Source: Podarcis pityusensis (lineage: Eukaryota). Taken from it: DNA of 64,000 nucleotides. Positions 12,205 through 24,732 of this stretch are shown piece by piece (position 1 is the stretch's first letter; each line of letters begins with the position of its first letter). The stretch lies in the NCBI GenBank assembly GCA_964106645.2, contig OZ067043.1; one strand, 5' to 3'. A program made the translations under genes and the position numbers. The notes below the pieces were generated by a model that saw nothing but the letters and a program-made list of their open reading frames with translations, was not told where the DNA came from and did no database searches.

Positions 12205-13431
12205 TACATTGCTTACAGAGAAGCAAAGCAGCAGGAGGAGTGACAATGCAAGTTTGAATCTGACCAAATATGCCACAGGGCCAATCAGTAGGGCTATAAT
12301 GTGGCATAAAAATCACCAACACAGTTATGCCCAGAAGAGCTGTTCCAGCTGGTACAGAGACTATGTTTCCCATGTTTGAATATTATGGCATTTAAAGCTA
12401 ATGTGGACTGTTTTGGTTTTTTTGCAAAGCAATTTGCAGATAAAATAATACAAGCTTACTTTGATTGTTGAAGCAGAATCCAAAACAGAGATGTCACAGT
12501 ACCTGCTTGTCAGAACTGCTTAGATACATTTCAGTTGTTGCCAAAATATGTTTATATTCAGGAATTATTAGTGCAGTTGTCAAAACCCTGTCCCTAGGTT
12601 ATTTCACAACTGCTTAACACAATAATATTTATTCCAGCCATGTATTTGTTACAATGCTTGTGTTACTGGGACATCTTATCTTTGATCATTGAATCATGAT
12701 GGAAAGGCATTTTATTCTTCCTCATGTGGTCAGATCATTACTTTTGAGATTATGTCCCACAGACCTCTGGATTGAATTTAGGCCCAAACACTCATTGCAA
12801 TGCACCTGTCTGCACCTGCACTCTCCATCCTTTCACTTTTCTGCCCAAGAGCAGAACAGATTTCTTTTTTAAAAAAACACCTGTTCTAAGAACAGCATGA
12901 GAATTTCTTACTGTGGCCACTTGCTGAATTCAATAAGGCAATAAAGGCTATGGCACTGTTTTGGAAAAGAGCTTAATGTTTGCAGTAACAGCAGACCCCA
13001 TCACCTTCTATTCTCATATAAAGTACCTCCATATTTCATATGTTTGATTTGGGGAATTATCCATTCAGATAAGTTCTCTTCAGATTTAGGTACCATTCTC
13101 AAACTTTAAAACAGAGTGCAACAGCCTTATGACTTGGAGGAGGGGAAGAGAGAGAGAAGTCATGTAAGTGCTATTATATTTTCATTATTTCTTGCAATGT
13201 TTTCAGTTATGTACCTTCATCGTTGCTTCCAGCAAAGTGCAATGAACAGTTTTGTAGAACTCTTCACTGTAAAAAGCATCATGTAAAATAAGGAAGGATG
13301 GGGGCAAATGGTACAAATGTCTCAATTCTTCAAGCAGGGTTTGGTCTTTGGGCAGGGCAACAGCACCACCCCCTCTCCCATTAAATCCAGTGGGCATTCC
13401 TACAAGCTTATGGGCCATTATGCAATGGTTC

Positions 13432-13440
13432 TGGGTGGTC
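13432..13440 (-). promoter_or_regulatory. Perfect GLI consensus site GACCACCCA
   Basis: TGGGTGGTC on the + strand, in non-repetitive intron 10 sequence. Function is inferred only. Confidence 0.45.
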
Positions 13441-16400
13441 TGCTAACTAGAGTCCTTCATAATGGTGAAGGACATGTAAGGTGTCAAGAAGCGACATTCC
13501 CTATTAGTATAATGCAGTGCAGAGCTCATCCTGGAGCTCCAGAGGCATAGTTGGCCAGGCCCAACGCCAAAGCAAGCATCTTGCTGGCTGTTTCTTGTCT
13601 GTCTTTGGCAAGAGCTGCTTTGGCGTTAAATATAAATCTTATATGTAGAATATTTTTGTCCTTTTTAAGTGGTGGACATCTTCCACAAAGCCCACTCAGT
13701 ATAAACAGGGAGTTCCAAATTCGTGCTGCTTCAGTTTTGTGGGGCAAATGCTTTCTCCAGAACAGAAACAAATTCTGGTTCACATTAATGCCAGAGCACT
13801 TTGTTCAGCCCATACTGCCTGACTGATGGCAAAATGTCCTCCAGAAAGAATCCACCATTTATCACTGGACATAAGTAGCCTGCATCAGTGTGTCCCATAT
13901 GATCACCCTTAGTCTAGCCCCACAAGGAGCATGCCAAACTGGCAACTGAAGAGGAGGCATTCCTGTGACAGTTACCATCCTAGGATGCAGACCACCACAA
14001 TATAAAATGTTTTGATCATCTCCACATGAGTTCCACATTATTTGCAGCTTCGCAACTATGAGGTTGGAAACAACTTCATTTTCTCATTCCTACTCAAGAG
14101 GGATTATGTTGTAAAATATATTTTATGATGCCACACAAATATTGCCTTGGCAGCAGGCTTGTTCCCTTGTACATGTTATACAAGGTGGGGGTGGGAGAAA
14201 GCTTCTGTGCTTGTACCCCTATAAATCCCCAATACCACCCTGGGCTTAATTAGAACTTTCTTCAGATCGCTCGCAACTTTGTACATCAGGTGCTGATTTG
14301 GCACCATCGAGGAAACAACTCATAAACTTCACAATCAATCTGCAGTTAGCAGCCAACTCCTCTTGCCTTGCTGGTTGGGTTTTCCCTCTCCCCTCCCCCG
14401 CCCTTGTACACATTCTCATAGAAAGTAGCATTAAATTGGAGACATGTGGTAGGCGGCAGCGGAGCTTAACTAGACACATGTGCTCTTTCTCCCATCAGCC
14501 TACTGCCTGAAGAACAGTGAATGCATCTATATCATTCACTCAGGCAGGTAACTGAAAAGGTGCTTTAGAAAAACACAATCACCACCAAGCAGCAGCTCAT
14601 TTCCTAACTATGACTGACTGTAGAAGGTCCCAGTTATTTCATTCCCATTTTTCCATATAAACTATAATTGAGACAGCTTACAAACAATCAAGAACAATAA
14701 AATAATGTAAGCCAGCTCACAGCAGCAGCTTCAGTAGGAGTAAAATCTTTATCTTCCAAAACGTTTCATTGAAATAAAGCCACTGCTCATCTGAAAGTGA
14801 ACAGTGATGGGACCAGGTGTACTGGCCTTTGTAGAATGTTCCAGATTCTGGATGCCAAATATATCATCTAGGCTGTGTTCAAATATTGTTGTTTATTCCT
14901 CCCCAACACTTTCAAAACTCCCAACATCTTATCCAGGCTCTTTCACCTCAACATCCTTGTCTGACCACACTGATTCCCATCACAATGATCCTTAGCATTT
15001 AAACTGAGCAATTCTCTTGGTGCACTCCACTGAATGAACAGGAGCTATACAAAAGGGCAGCGCTTGCTTTCGCAATGCCCATTCATCTTCAAGCAGCATG
15101 AGCAGAATTTCCCCATAGACTGTGCCCTGTGGCAAGGGTGCTATTTGGATTTTGTGCCTCAGACTCCAAAGTGCCTGCTCACTTCCTCACACTTCCCTCA
15201 AGTCATCATCCCCACAAGTGACCTCACTTGTCTGTTTTATCACATGATATTGGTAGCTTTCAGGTCACCAGGCCCTTGTCCCAACCCTTGTCCAAGATTT
15301 TATCCTCACCTGTTCCTTGAATTGACCTGTAAATTACCTAATTAGGCAACTTACCTCATTTAACCAGTGTCTAAAGTATACAAAGAGGCATAGTGCTATT
15401 ACTGAACAATACCTCAAGCAAACTTCATATTGTATTATGCTTGTGAAGCTCACCCACTTGCATTCCCCTTGTCAAATATGCAAGTCAAGTGATCCTCCAC
15501 AATGACATCTTTTCAGATGGAGACCCTAGTCGTGCAGCATATCTGCCCGGTTGGTGAGGACAGCAGGCGTCATGGTCCATTAGTGTGTCTGGCTCACACA
15601 TTCTGTGAGGTGTCTGTGAGGGGGAGGGGCTTCCACTGCCATCAAAGTGCAAATCAGGGCAGCGATTCTCTCTGGTCCCTTAACTAGGAGGGGACGTGTT
15701 TAAGTGGCTGCTAAAGATTTATTAGCTTCAAGCATCAAATGCATTTTTACACACCGCACAAATGGAGGCCAATATGGATTATCTAGACTAGTTCTAAAAA
15801 GGCAAGAAAACTGCAGGATTAGAAGTCATCTATCCTTCCTAGATTGAGTGTTCTATTACCATGCTTATAGGCAAAAACTCCATGCCTTCATTTGGGGGAA
15901 AAAAGAAAGTGGGCCAGAAAGTACTTTGTTGATTTTATCTTGTCTTTTAACACTTCTATCCCAATGGATTAACCATGCAGACCCAGAGGCAAACATTTTA
16001 TATACAAACATAGCCAGCTTAAGCCCATGGCATCTTGGAATGCAGCCGAGCACATCCAGTGTTTTAAGTAATATGCTGAAAATAAAACTGACTGAATTAT
16101 ACAATAAGAGCAAAGAGCCTGCCAAACATGTTACTGTTACCAATGACATCAGTTTTACTCTGATGACATTCACTACCACTTGTCATTTGGCAAGAAATCT
16201 TCCCAGATGTGCTGTGCATGCCACATGATAGGCAAAGCCAGCTCAGTGCTGTGAGAACTTGGCTGGAAGTTCCCAATGGAATGGCTACAGTCTCCTGCCC
16301 ATGTTATAGTAGCAAACTGAGTATTTTTAACATGGAGAATAATTATAAATTGTAGGGCTCTGTGACAAGTAGCAACAGAATCCCTTTTCAAGGAGTTGGT

Positions 16401-19081
16401 TGAGCATGAGACTAGACACCTAGACATTCCTATTAAACAATGCACAGATAATTTGTCAATTGAGTATCCCTGAGGTGTTTCCTCTACATTCCATTTACAT
16501 GTCAAAAACTGAAATCTGGGTAAGACCTTGATGTTTCTGCTTCACTGTTTTTTCCAACTTAATGAAATTCAAAATTAGCAACTCCAAATGTGGATCTCTC
16601 TAGTACTATTGACTAAACTTAAGCTTGGAAATATGCAAGTTTGTCCTTTGTCAACTTTGCTTCCAAGATTGTTCCTTCCCCATCCGCTGTCTGATGTTCC
16701 ATTTCCCTTGGGAATCAGCATACTTCTTGTGAATCTCCCACCTCTAACCATAACATCTATTAGAATCTGCAACATAACTAAGAGCCACTACAGTGACCAC
16801 CATTCCATTCCCCACTTTTTACATGGCTGTGGAATATCTAGGTTTAAACTCATGGATTTGTGATCCTGACACCCAGTTTGGCTCTGAGTGCAACTAGTTG
16901 ATTCTGGGGTTCTAGAATCAACTTTAATGCTACAAAAACAGAGGCTCACTTGCTCTGGTGAAAGAAGCAGTAAATGGAATAATATGAACGGCATCTTGAA
17001 GCTATGCTTCTATTAAGATTTTCTCTCCCCAGCACCTTCTGATACTATGCAACAATCCTTGACTGGTCACAACAACTGGATTTCAGGCTGTAGAAACTCA
17101 GGCAGATTACCTACTGTTAGGGATGGTTGGGGTGGGCTGTGGGAGAGTTGCTTCTGCTTAGCTGAACTGGCTTTGATGCAGAGATTGGCTATTAACTCAC
17201 CAGTCAATCTCTGTGCTTACTTCTCATTGCAAGCCATACTCTTCCATTGGTCACATATGTGGCAGAAGGAGCAGAACAGAACCAATGAGAGAGCTTGGAG
17301 CCAAGGGTCACCTTTCAGTTATTGCCAGGGGCCGTAGCTGTTTGCATGGTAAGCAGCCTAAAAACAAAAGACTTAAGTGTCCAACACTCAGAGGCATAAA
17401 TCATGACTCCTACCTTGCCACACTTTAGCCAAAGTAAAAAAGCCAACACCCATTTCCCAGCTGCTGTAATGATTGAAGGAGAGCATGTGGCTACTGTGCA
17501 CTGTGCATGGATACACCTGGCTGGCAACTGAATAGTCTCTGTAGTGTGGGTAGCAGTTTCTTCCTGGCTGCACAGCTCAGTGCAGTCATTTGTCACTGAG
17601 CCCTTGGGAATGTCCACAAGGAAACATGGGCATTTTCTACACTCCTGCCTGTCACCTGATTTGCCAGCATCTCTCAGCACTTGTACTCTTCTATAAATTA
17701 CTTCCTTTAACAGCTTTTACCAGTTCACCCCGCCTGCTTGCCAAACCTGGTCAAGCATGCCTGTCATTCAGAACATATGGAACTTGCGTTAGTTTACTGC
17801 CTCCTGAAATGGAAGAGCAAGCGGTGTAGTGAGGAAAGCATTAAGGAGAGAACTGATAATCTCACTTAGCTATATTGGATTCTTTTTTAAAAAAATGTGA
17901 AGGATTACTTAACCAAACTAGGAATCTAGACTTGATGTAAAAGAGAACTGGCTCAAAATAACTCTTTCTGTCATAGCAAATCAATGGGCTCATGCATGCT
18001 AATTAAAAGATAAACATTATTAAAGAGTTGCCTTGATGCAAATTCCAAATGTCTCCACATTTCTTTATTGTTGAAAACAGCACTGTAGGTTGAACACATG
18101 CAGCCAGGTAAAAACTCTCAGGTGAGAAAGTGAGCTAAACCACAACTCTAAAGAGAAGATACTATCTGTTATTTGGTGCTGAATTCCTGATTCATTTCCT
18201 GAAGGCCAAGCAGCACAAGGGCTATTTTGGGTTGATGGGATTTCACAAATACCTTAGAAGAAATATTCAATCTAACACAGAGGAGCTCTATCAGAGGGTG
18301 AATCATGGACAGCAAAGCAGATGGTTAGTGGAGTTTTAAAAGATTCAATATTTAGAATAGTGTAGGAAAATATTATTTAATGCCACAACAGAAGGTGCAG
18401 AATAATTTCACACATGAGATATTCAAAATATTTCCCCACCCAATGAACAATCAGCTTTTGATATTCATTGCTAAATGTAGGATTTAAAGCACCCAGATCC
18501 ATTTTGTTTGTCAAATGCAGGGTGCTAAATTAGAATAATAAAAAACCTGCAGTTAATCTTTAAAATATTCCATTTGTTTATACACTGGAGATCCTTATAT
18601 CCCAAGCTTTCCATTTTTACCAAAAAGCTATTTCTCTCCAAGGTAAAACTCTCAACAGAATATGAGTGCCATTTATCAAGTGTAATTCATGGCACCAAAA
18701 CTGTATGGGATCAATTTAGAAATGAACCAAAGGCTAGCCTTTATTTTTGAGCCAAAGGATTTATGATGTACTCAATGTTTGGCAACTGGGCACCACACTT
18801 ACCTGTAGTTTCCTTTATTAAGTACAGTGTTCTCCAGAGATCTGACATCTTTTGCTTCCCCCCCTCCACCCAAGCATGTGGCTGTGAGAACCAACTTCAC
18901 ATTTTTCAGGGGTCTCACCACTGTCATGAGAGCTATGAGTCAATGTCAAGCTTAAGCAAAAATGAGTCAATAGCTCCTAGGGTTTCCTATTCACTAGTGC
19001 TCACAGGAGGCTGCTCTGTAAAGGGAGGTGGAAAACATTCATGGCAGCTGCCATTTAGGTAACCATTTGTTGTTGTTTTTT

Positions 19082-19185
19082 AAAATATGGAATGCTTCAT
19101 GAATTTGCGTGTCATTCTTGCACAGGGGCCATGCTAATCTTCTCTATCGTTACAATTTTAGCATATGTGCTGCCGGAGCAAGCAC
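19082..19185 (-). pseudogene. U6 snRNA retropseudogene (full length, degenerate)
   Basis: The reverse complement GTGCTTGCTCCGGCAGCACATATGCTAAAATTGTAACGATAGAGAAGATTAGCATGGCCCCTGTGCAAGAATGACACGCAAATTCATGAAGCATTCCATATTTT aligns end to end with U6. It has a 2-nt deletion in the ACAGAGA box, an A/CAA tail (19070-19081) and an 11-bp TSD GTAACCATTTG (19059-19069 and 19187-19197). Confidence 0.95.
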
Positions 19186-19940
19186 AGTAACCATTTGCTT
19201 TTATCAAAGGTTAAAACTATGCTGAAGGACTGGAAGGTCAGTGTACCAAAGACTGAGGAAAGCCCTGGGAAAATCCACAGAGGCTGCAATCCTTGGGAAA
19301 AATCTGTGAGTCCTACATAAACAAATAATAAATGCCGCCACTTAGCATTTGTGGAGTGTATGGGGTGTTAGGAGGACACACCATGCTGCTTTTGGGGTAG
19401 TTTGTCCACCTTTGGTCCCCACCCTGCACTCATCTCTCACCTGTGGCTGCTGGAAGCTGTCAGTATGTGACAGCAGTCACACCCCAGAAATGGCTTCAAC
19501 TGGCCAGCTAAAGCAGGTGAGGGTAACCAATGGGTCTCAAACCCTCAGTGAGTTTGGGACTTCCCCTGCATACAAAGACAGGTTACGGTGGATTGAATGG
19601 ACGAGACCAATAATGGGTCCAATGGCCAATAAGATGTTTTGTGCACATGCTGTAGATGGAAATGAGGGGAAGAGGGGGCTCATCAACCTAGAAAGGTATG
19701 GTTGCGCTAATGTAATGTTCACCGTAGTGCTACACTGAATGCAACCCCTTACCTTTGCAACTTAACATTTATTTTTCTTTCATCATTTTTCTTTTGGTCT
19801 TGGGAGATGAAAGCTTCTGTCCTGGGGCTTTCAGCCAAGATCAAGTGTGCTTGGAATACACTTACTTCAGCAGACACTGGTGAGTCAGTAACCAAAACTT
19901 AAATATGTCAAACCACAAAAAAATTAAGAAAACTACCTAC

Positions 19941-20089
19941 CCTTCCTCAATCCTGACAGAGTTCATGATGATACAGTTAGTAATTTTAACTTTGTCTTTG
20001 ATCACACATGCAGTACCAATGACAGAATGTTTAATTGCCGTTTTCTCTCCTAGTTGTGTTGATGCACCTACAATGCTGTCAGATCCAAC
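19941..20089 (-). CDS. EIF2B3: eIF2B gamma, exon 10 (149 nt), hexapeptide/I-patch repeats
   Basis: ctctcaag|GTT GGA...GAA GG|gtaggt. Translates [49 protein letters not shown](G). Confidence 0.96.
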
Positions 20090-20457
20090 CTTGAGAGGAG
20101 CAGAAAGAAAACATAGTTAAACTTCCTATTTACCTTTTATGGGTGCTGCTAGGTCCAATGAGCACAGAACAGATACAAAGGACTCTTGAATGAAAACCAG
20201 CAGGGAAGAACAGTCCCTTACAGCAGACTAGGAGATGGGAACCCAGACAGATATTTGATCTCTGAAAAAAGCTATGCCTTCCCCTAGTCATAAGAAGCAT
20301 GTTTGTGATCCAAGAGTCTTTTCCACATAAACAAGGTCTGTTTATTTCTTTTCAGTGCTGTAGAACTAAAGAACTGGCTCCAGGATATGAGTCTTAGCAC
20401 TGAAGAGGGTGGTGCAATCTTTGCTCATGTAGAACTGTGTATGTGTGCACAACAGCT

Positions 20458-20668
20458 AGTGGCACCGCCCACCCTGTGGAATGCCCTCCCATCAGACACC
20501 AAGAAGATGAGTGATTATATATCTTTTAGGAGACATCTGAAGGCAGTCCTGTACAGGGAAGCTTTTTAAGGTTTAATGTTTTACTATGTGTATATATGAT
20601 GGAAGCCGCCCAGAGTGGCTGGCGCAACCCACTATAAATAATAATAATAATAAAAAAAAATAAATAAA
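20458..20668 (+). mobile_element. L2 LINE 3' end with (TAA)n tail
   Basis: Encodes the L2 C-terminus APPTLWNALPSD...FRRHLKAVLYREAF, then GGAAGCCGCCCAGAGTGGCTGG and a TAA/A-rich tail. Confidence 0.8.
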
Positions 20669-21269
20669 TCTACCACAGTAGAGCAATGGTGTCCAATGGT
20701 CAGAGTCTTTGGCTAAAATCTATGAGGAAGCAGGAAAAAGCATAATACTGCTGTTGGTTGCTGCTCTCACTTAGAGTTTAATACTTTCCAATACATCCTG
20801 CTGTAAATGGCAATTGGTTGCATTAGGTGGGGGAAGACAGCTCTATCTGACTGAATACTTACATCAAGATCTACAAATTTGACACATAACAACGATGCCT
20901 GTCTGCTGGATCAGTTTGAGAGAGGAGGTGACTTGACTTGAAGCTGGATGCATTCTGACCCAGTCTGTACAATTATATATTGGTTAAATAAGCTGAGCTA
21001 TGAGTGAACCTTATGCCTGTAGGCTTGCAAGCACTTCCCTTTTCAGTGCACCTGAATGCAGTGTGGTAGTTTTCAATTAACCATAGTTTCCCATATCATC
21101 CAAACCAGGAAACTATGGTTACTAGCCTCAAAACAAACCAGCATCTTAAACCACGTTTGAGAGTTTGTTTAAGATCTTGTCTTTTTCTAAAGTTGATAAC
21201 CACAGTTTCCTGGTTCAGATGAAATGGAAAAATAGGGTTAATTTGAGACTTCCATACTGCATTCAGGCA

Positions 21270-21444
21270 CCTGGGCATAGCCACGGGGAGCAAAGGGGGC
21301 AGCTGCCCCCCAACTACCCCCCTAAATCAGGCAAAGAAATAAATATACTTAACTAACTGACCAATTGTGTCACAGATAACTCGGTTCTGCCCCCCTCCCA
21401 ACATAAAGCCTCCCCGCCAAAAATAAATCCTGGCTATGCCCATG
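21270..21444. mobile_element. hAT-type MITE
   Basis: TIR CCTGGGCATAGCCA / TGGCTATGCCCATG, with a perfect 8-bp TSD TTCAGGCA (21262-21269 and 21445-21452). Confidence 0.82.
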
Positions 21445-21637
21445 TTCAGGCATGCTGCAAAAGGGTGTGGCTGCATGCATGAACACAATTATCACTCATA
21501 TGTCAGCATAGTAAGTCCAAATACAGTCTCTGAGAACTTTCATTGTATTAGGCGGACAGTTAATATGGAAGGAAATCATGTAAATTAAGGACCTTTTTTT
21601 GTCCCAGTGCCCCATATAAAGAGATGTTGCTACTCAC

Positions 21638-21715
21638 CAGACCTCTGTCAATTACTTGTGCAGTACAGTGAACCAGAGGTTCCTCTGGGCAAAGTGAAGA
21701 CAGCATTTTAGGAAC
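21638..21715 (-). CDS. EIF2B3: eIF2B gamma, exon 9 (78 nt)
   Basis: tttcag|GTT CCT...GGT CTG|gtgagt. Translates VPKMLSSLCPEEPLVHCTAQVIDRGL. Confidence 0.95.
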
Positions 21716-24111
21716 CTGAAAGATGATATCCAAAATCACAAGTTACAATCCACTGCAGAACTGGGATAAAAATCTACACCCAAAGGGCTTGTTGGAACAG
21801 CACGGCCCTCAATAGGTACAAAGAGACAGCAAAAATTGGTTTTTTCTGATCTATATCAGGAGGGAGTTCCAAAGTGTAGCTGCCACCACGTTAATAATCT
21901 GATTTGTACATCATATGGAATGAATCTCCTGATGCGATAGTATCTGAAGGAGCGCTCCTGCAGACTGAAGTGATTGTCTAGCTATATATGTGGTGAGACA
22001 ATCTTTTGGGTGTCTTGGGCCTTTTTTTCAGCCAGAACTCTCAGGTGGGTGCCATTGCTATTTTAAGAGAACAAGGGAGGTGTTCATGATGAGATAGAAA
22101 AATACTACTAGTTCTAGTTAATTAAAAGCAAGCAATATTATTAGAAGCAATATGCTGTGTGACTAGAGAGCTATGACCTAGAGCTAGGGATGGATGTGTT
22201 GGGGAAATATTGGGGCACTATCAATTTTGGTTCTCTCAGTTTCTCATTTTTCCAATCTGAAAGTCAGTTCTCTGCATATTTTTTGTTAATCCTCACAAAA
22301 TTTCTTCAGCATTTTAGTGTGAATTTCTTCTAATAAACCCCTTTTTGTATGCAGTTTTGACCAATATACACATTTTTGCAAGCACTTTCACCTACTGTCA
22401 TGCATTTTTTGTATACTATCTTCACTAATTTTGTACCCACTTTCCCATGATATATGCAAGAAGATGTAGCAAAGGACCATGCAGAGAGCAAAGGGAGAGG
22501 GGCTGCCAAACTCTTTCCCTTCCAGCCATTTCCTTGCTCAAAACTGTTCCATCACAAGCTGCTTTCCTGCCCATCTGTAGGAGAAAAGGTGCAAGAGCTT
22601 TGTGAAGGCTTAAAATGTGTACCCCAGTTAAATAATGCAAAAATTGTCAACTAAAAGGACACCATTCCTGCCTGTTGCCTGCATGAGAAAATGAAAATAA
22701 CTATCTAAGAGGCAAATATCAGCTATGCACCTAAGAACTGAAACATACCAAACAACCCAGGAGAATTTTTTTCCTATGCTAGTTCTGCTACCGAGATTTA
22801 CACCTCAGAAGTTGAGTAGAAAAACTCAATTGCTGCTAGATAGAAGGCAAGGACCAGGCATGAGGAAGAGACAAAGGCCCCTCCTCCCCAGTTACAATTT
22901 CAGGCTGGTTCAGGATCAGGCAGTTGTTAGATCACTTTTTGTTCCATGTTGAAGACCTGTTTTGCTTGTGTAAGGGCTAGAGACCTTGTGCATAACACTG
23001 GACATATTTAGCCACCTTGAAGACTTAAGAGATGAGGAGAGAGGAGCCGGAATATATTTATTATGTATTTATTATTTAAAGTACTTATAGGCCACCTTTC
23101 AGGGGGGAAATCTCACAAGGCAGGAAACAATGAGATGGGATACTTTAAGATACACTGGAAGACTAAAAAAATTGTAAGAATACAGCATTGTAAAAAAAGA
23201 AGTAGTAAGAATCAGTGGCAAAGACTGTTAAAGACAGGCCATCTGGAATATATGAGTTCTCAAGGTATGTTTGAAGGCTTCTGGTATAGGGGAGGTGTGT
23301 AGCAAGAATAAGATTTAAGACATAAGGGTAGATAGAAGAGCATGATCTCTACCAGGTCCAACTAATGCTGACTGTAGTAAATTCCAGGTGCTTCAGTAAA
23401 TGCATGGAAGAATAGGAAAATGTTCTGTTCCACAATAGTCACGTCTTCAGAGGAGCGAGTAATATACACAGATAATGTGCATACTCAAGGCACAATCCTC
23501 AGTTAAAATCTCAGAGCCCATATTGTAGCATAAAAAGTGGCCAGAGAGAGCGGCTATACATAGAAAAAGGAGATATGAAAGACAGAGCAGTACTTGCAGG
23601 GAGTGTCAGGGTCAAGAGGAGGTTTAGCTTAGCTTTTCGTTTTTCTGAAGAAACCTACTTCCTGTTCTCGGAGCTACTCCCTCCTGCTGCCACCTGCCCA
23701 CACAAAGGCAGCGGCAAACTTAAGAGGTCAACGGAAAACAAGTAAAACATTTCCTGAGTGCAAGGGCAGGGAGGTAAACTGCTGTTCTGCTTCTGCTGCT
23801 GAAGCATTAACAGCTGCTTCGCAAGTTACTGATAAAAAAGAATATACTGTGTGCACATCTGTACATGCATCTCCTTAACGGTGTGGCTTATGTATGGTGA
23901 AGCAGAAGCTAATCTTCTCTCCCCCCATGTGATGGAACAGGTATACATGTAGCCACTCCAAACCTCACTATGCAACATGCACACAAAGGGTGCAAAGAAA
24001 GCAGTAATATGCGAAGCAGGCTTAGAGAATAATGCTGCAGGTAAAGACTCTGCTTTCTGAAGAAAATGCTGACTTTGGCATAATTTTTATTGTACCAGTG
24101 GACTAAATATG

Positions 24112-24732
24112 TTGTTGTTGTTTAGTCGTTTAGTCATGTCTGACTCTTCGTGACCCCATGGACTAGAGCATGCCAGGCACTCCTGTCTTCCACTGCCTCC
24201 CGCAGTTTGGTCAAACTCATGCTGGTAGTTTCGAGAACACTGTCCAACCATCTCGTCCTCTGTCGTCCCCTTCTCCTTGTGCCCTCAATCTTTTCCAACA
24301 TCAGGGTCTTTTCCAGGGAGTCTTCTCTTCTCATGAGGTGGCCAAAGTATTAGAGTCTCAGCTTCAGGATCTGTCCTTCCAGTGAGCACTCAGGGCTGAT
24401 TTCCTTAAGAATGGATAGGTTTGATCTTCTTGCAGTCCATGGGACTCTCAAGAGCCTCCTCCAGCACCATAATTCAAAAGCATTAATTCTTTGGCGATCA
24501 GCCTTCTTTATGGTCCAGCTCTCACTTCCATACATCACTACTGGGAAAACCATAGCTTTAACTATACGGACCTTTGTTGGCAAGGTGATGTCTCTGCTTT
24601 TTAAGATGCTGTCTAGGTTTGTCATTGCTTTTCTCCCAAGAAGCAGGCGTCTTTTGATTTCGTGACTGCTGTCACCATCTGCAGTGATCATGGAGCCCAA
24701 GACAGTAAAATTTCTCACTGCCTCCATTTCTT
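24112..24732 (-). mobile_element. RTE-BovB LINE, 5'-truncated 3' end
   Basis: Two same-frame ORFs (24350..24727, 24134..24334) separated by one stop give the BovB C-terminus (ADGDSSHEIKRRLLLGRKAMTNLDSILKSRDITLPTKV...FELWCWRRLLRVPWTARRSN...RRRGRQRTRWLD). (CAA)n tail, and 9-bp TSD CTAAATATG at 24103-24111 and 24733-24741. Confidence 0.93.

Noticed and set aside
11141-12243. Series of 84-110 aa plus-strand ORFs as a tandem gene family
   Set aside because: They overlap, are offset by exactly the repeat period, and are a translation artefact of the minisatellite.
19082-19185. Functional U6 snRNA gene
   Set aside because: The ACAGAGA box is disrupted, there are several substitutions, a tail and TSD are present, and no clear upstream PSE/TATA is seen.
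19340-19740. 129-aa plus-strand ORF
   Set aside because: It starts at a non-ATG codon, has no recognisable domain, and the sequence looks like a decayed LINE 5' region. A similar remnant lies near 40040-40200.
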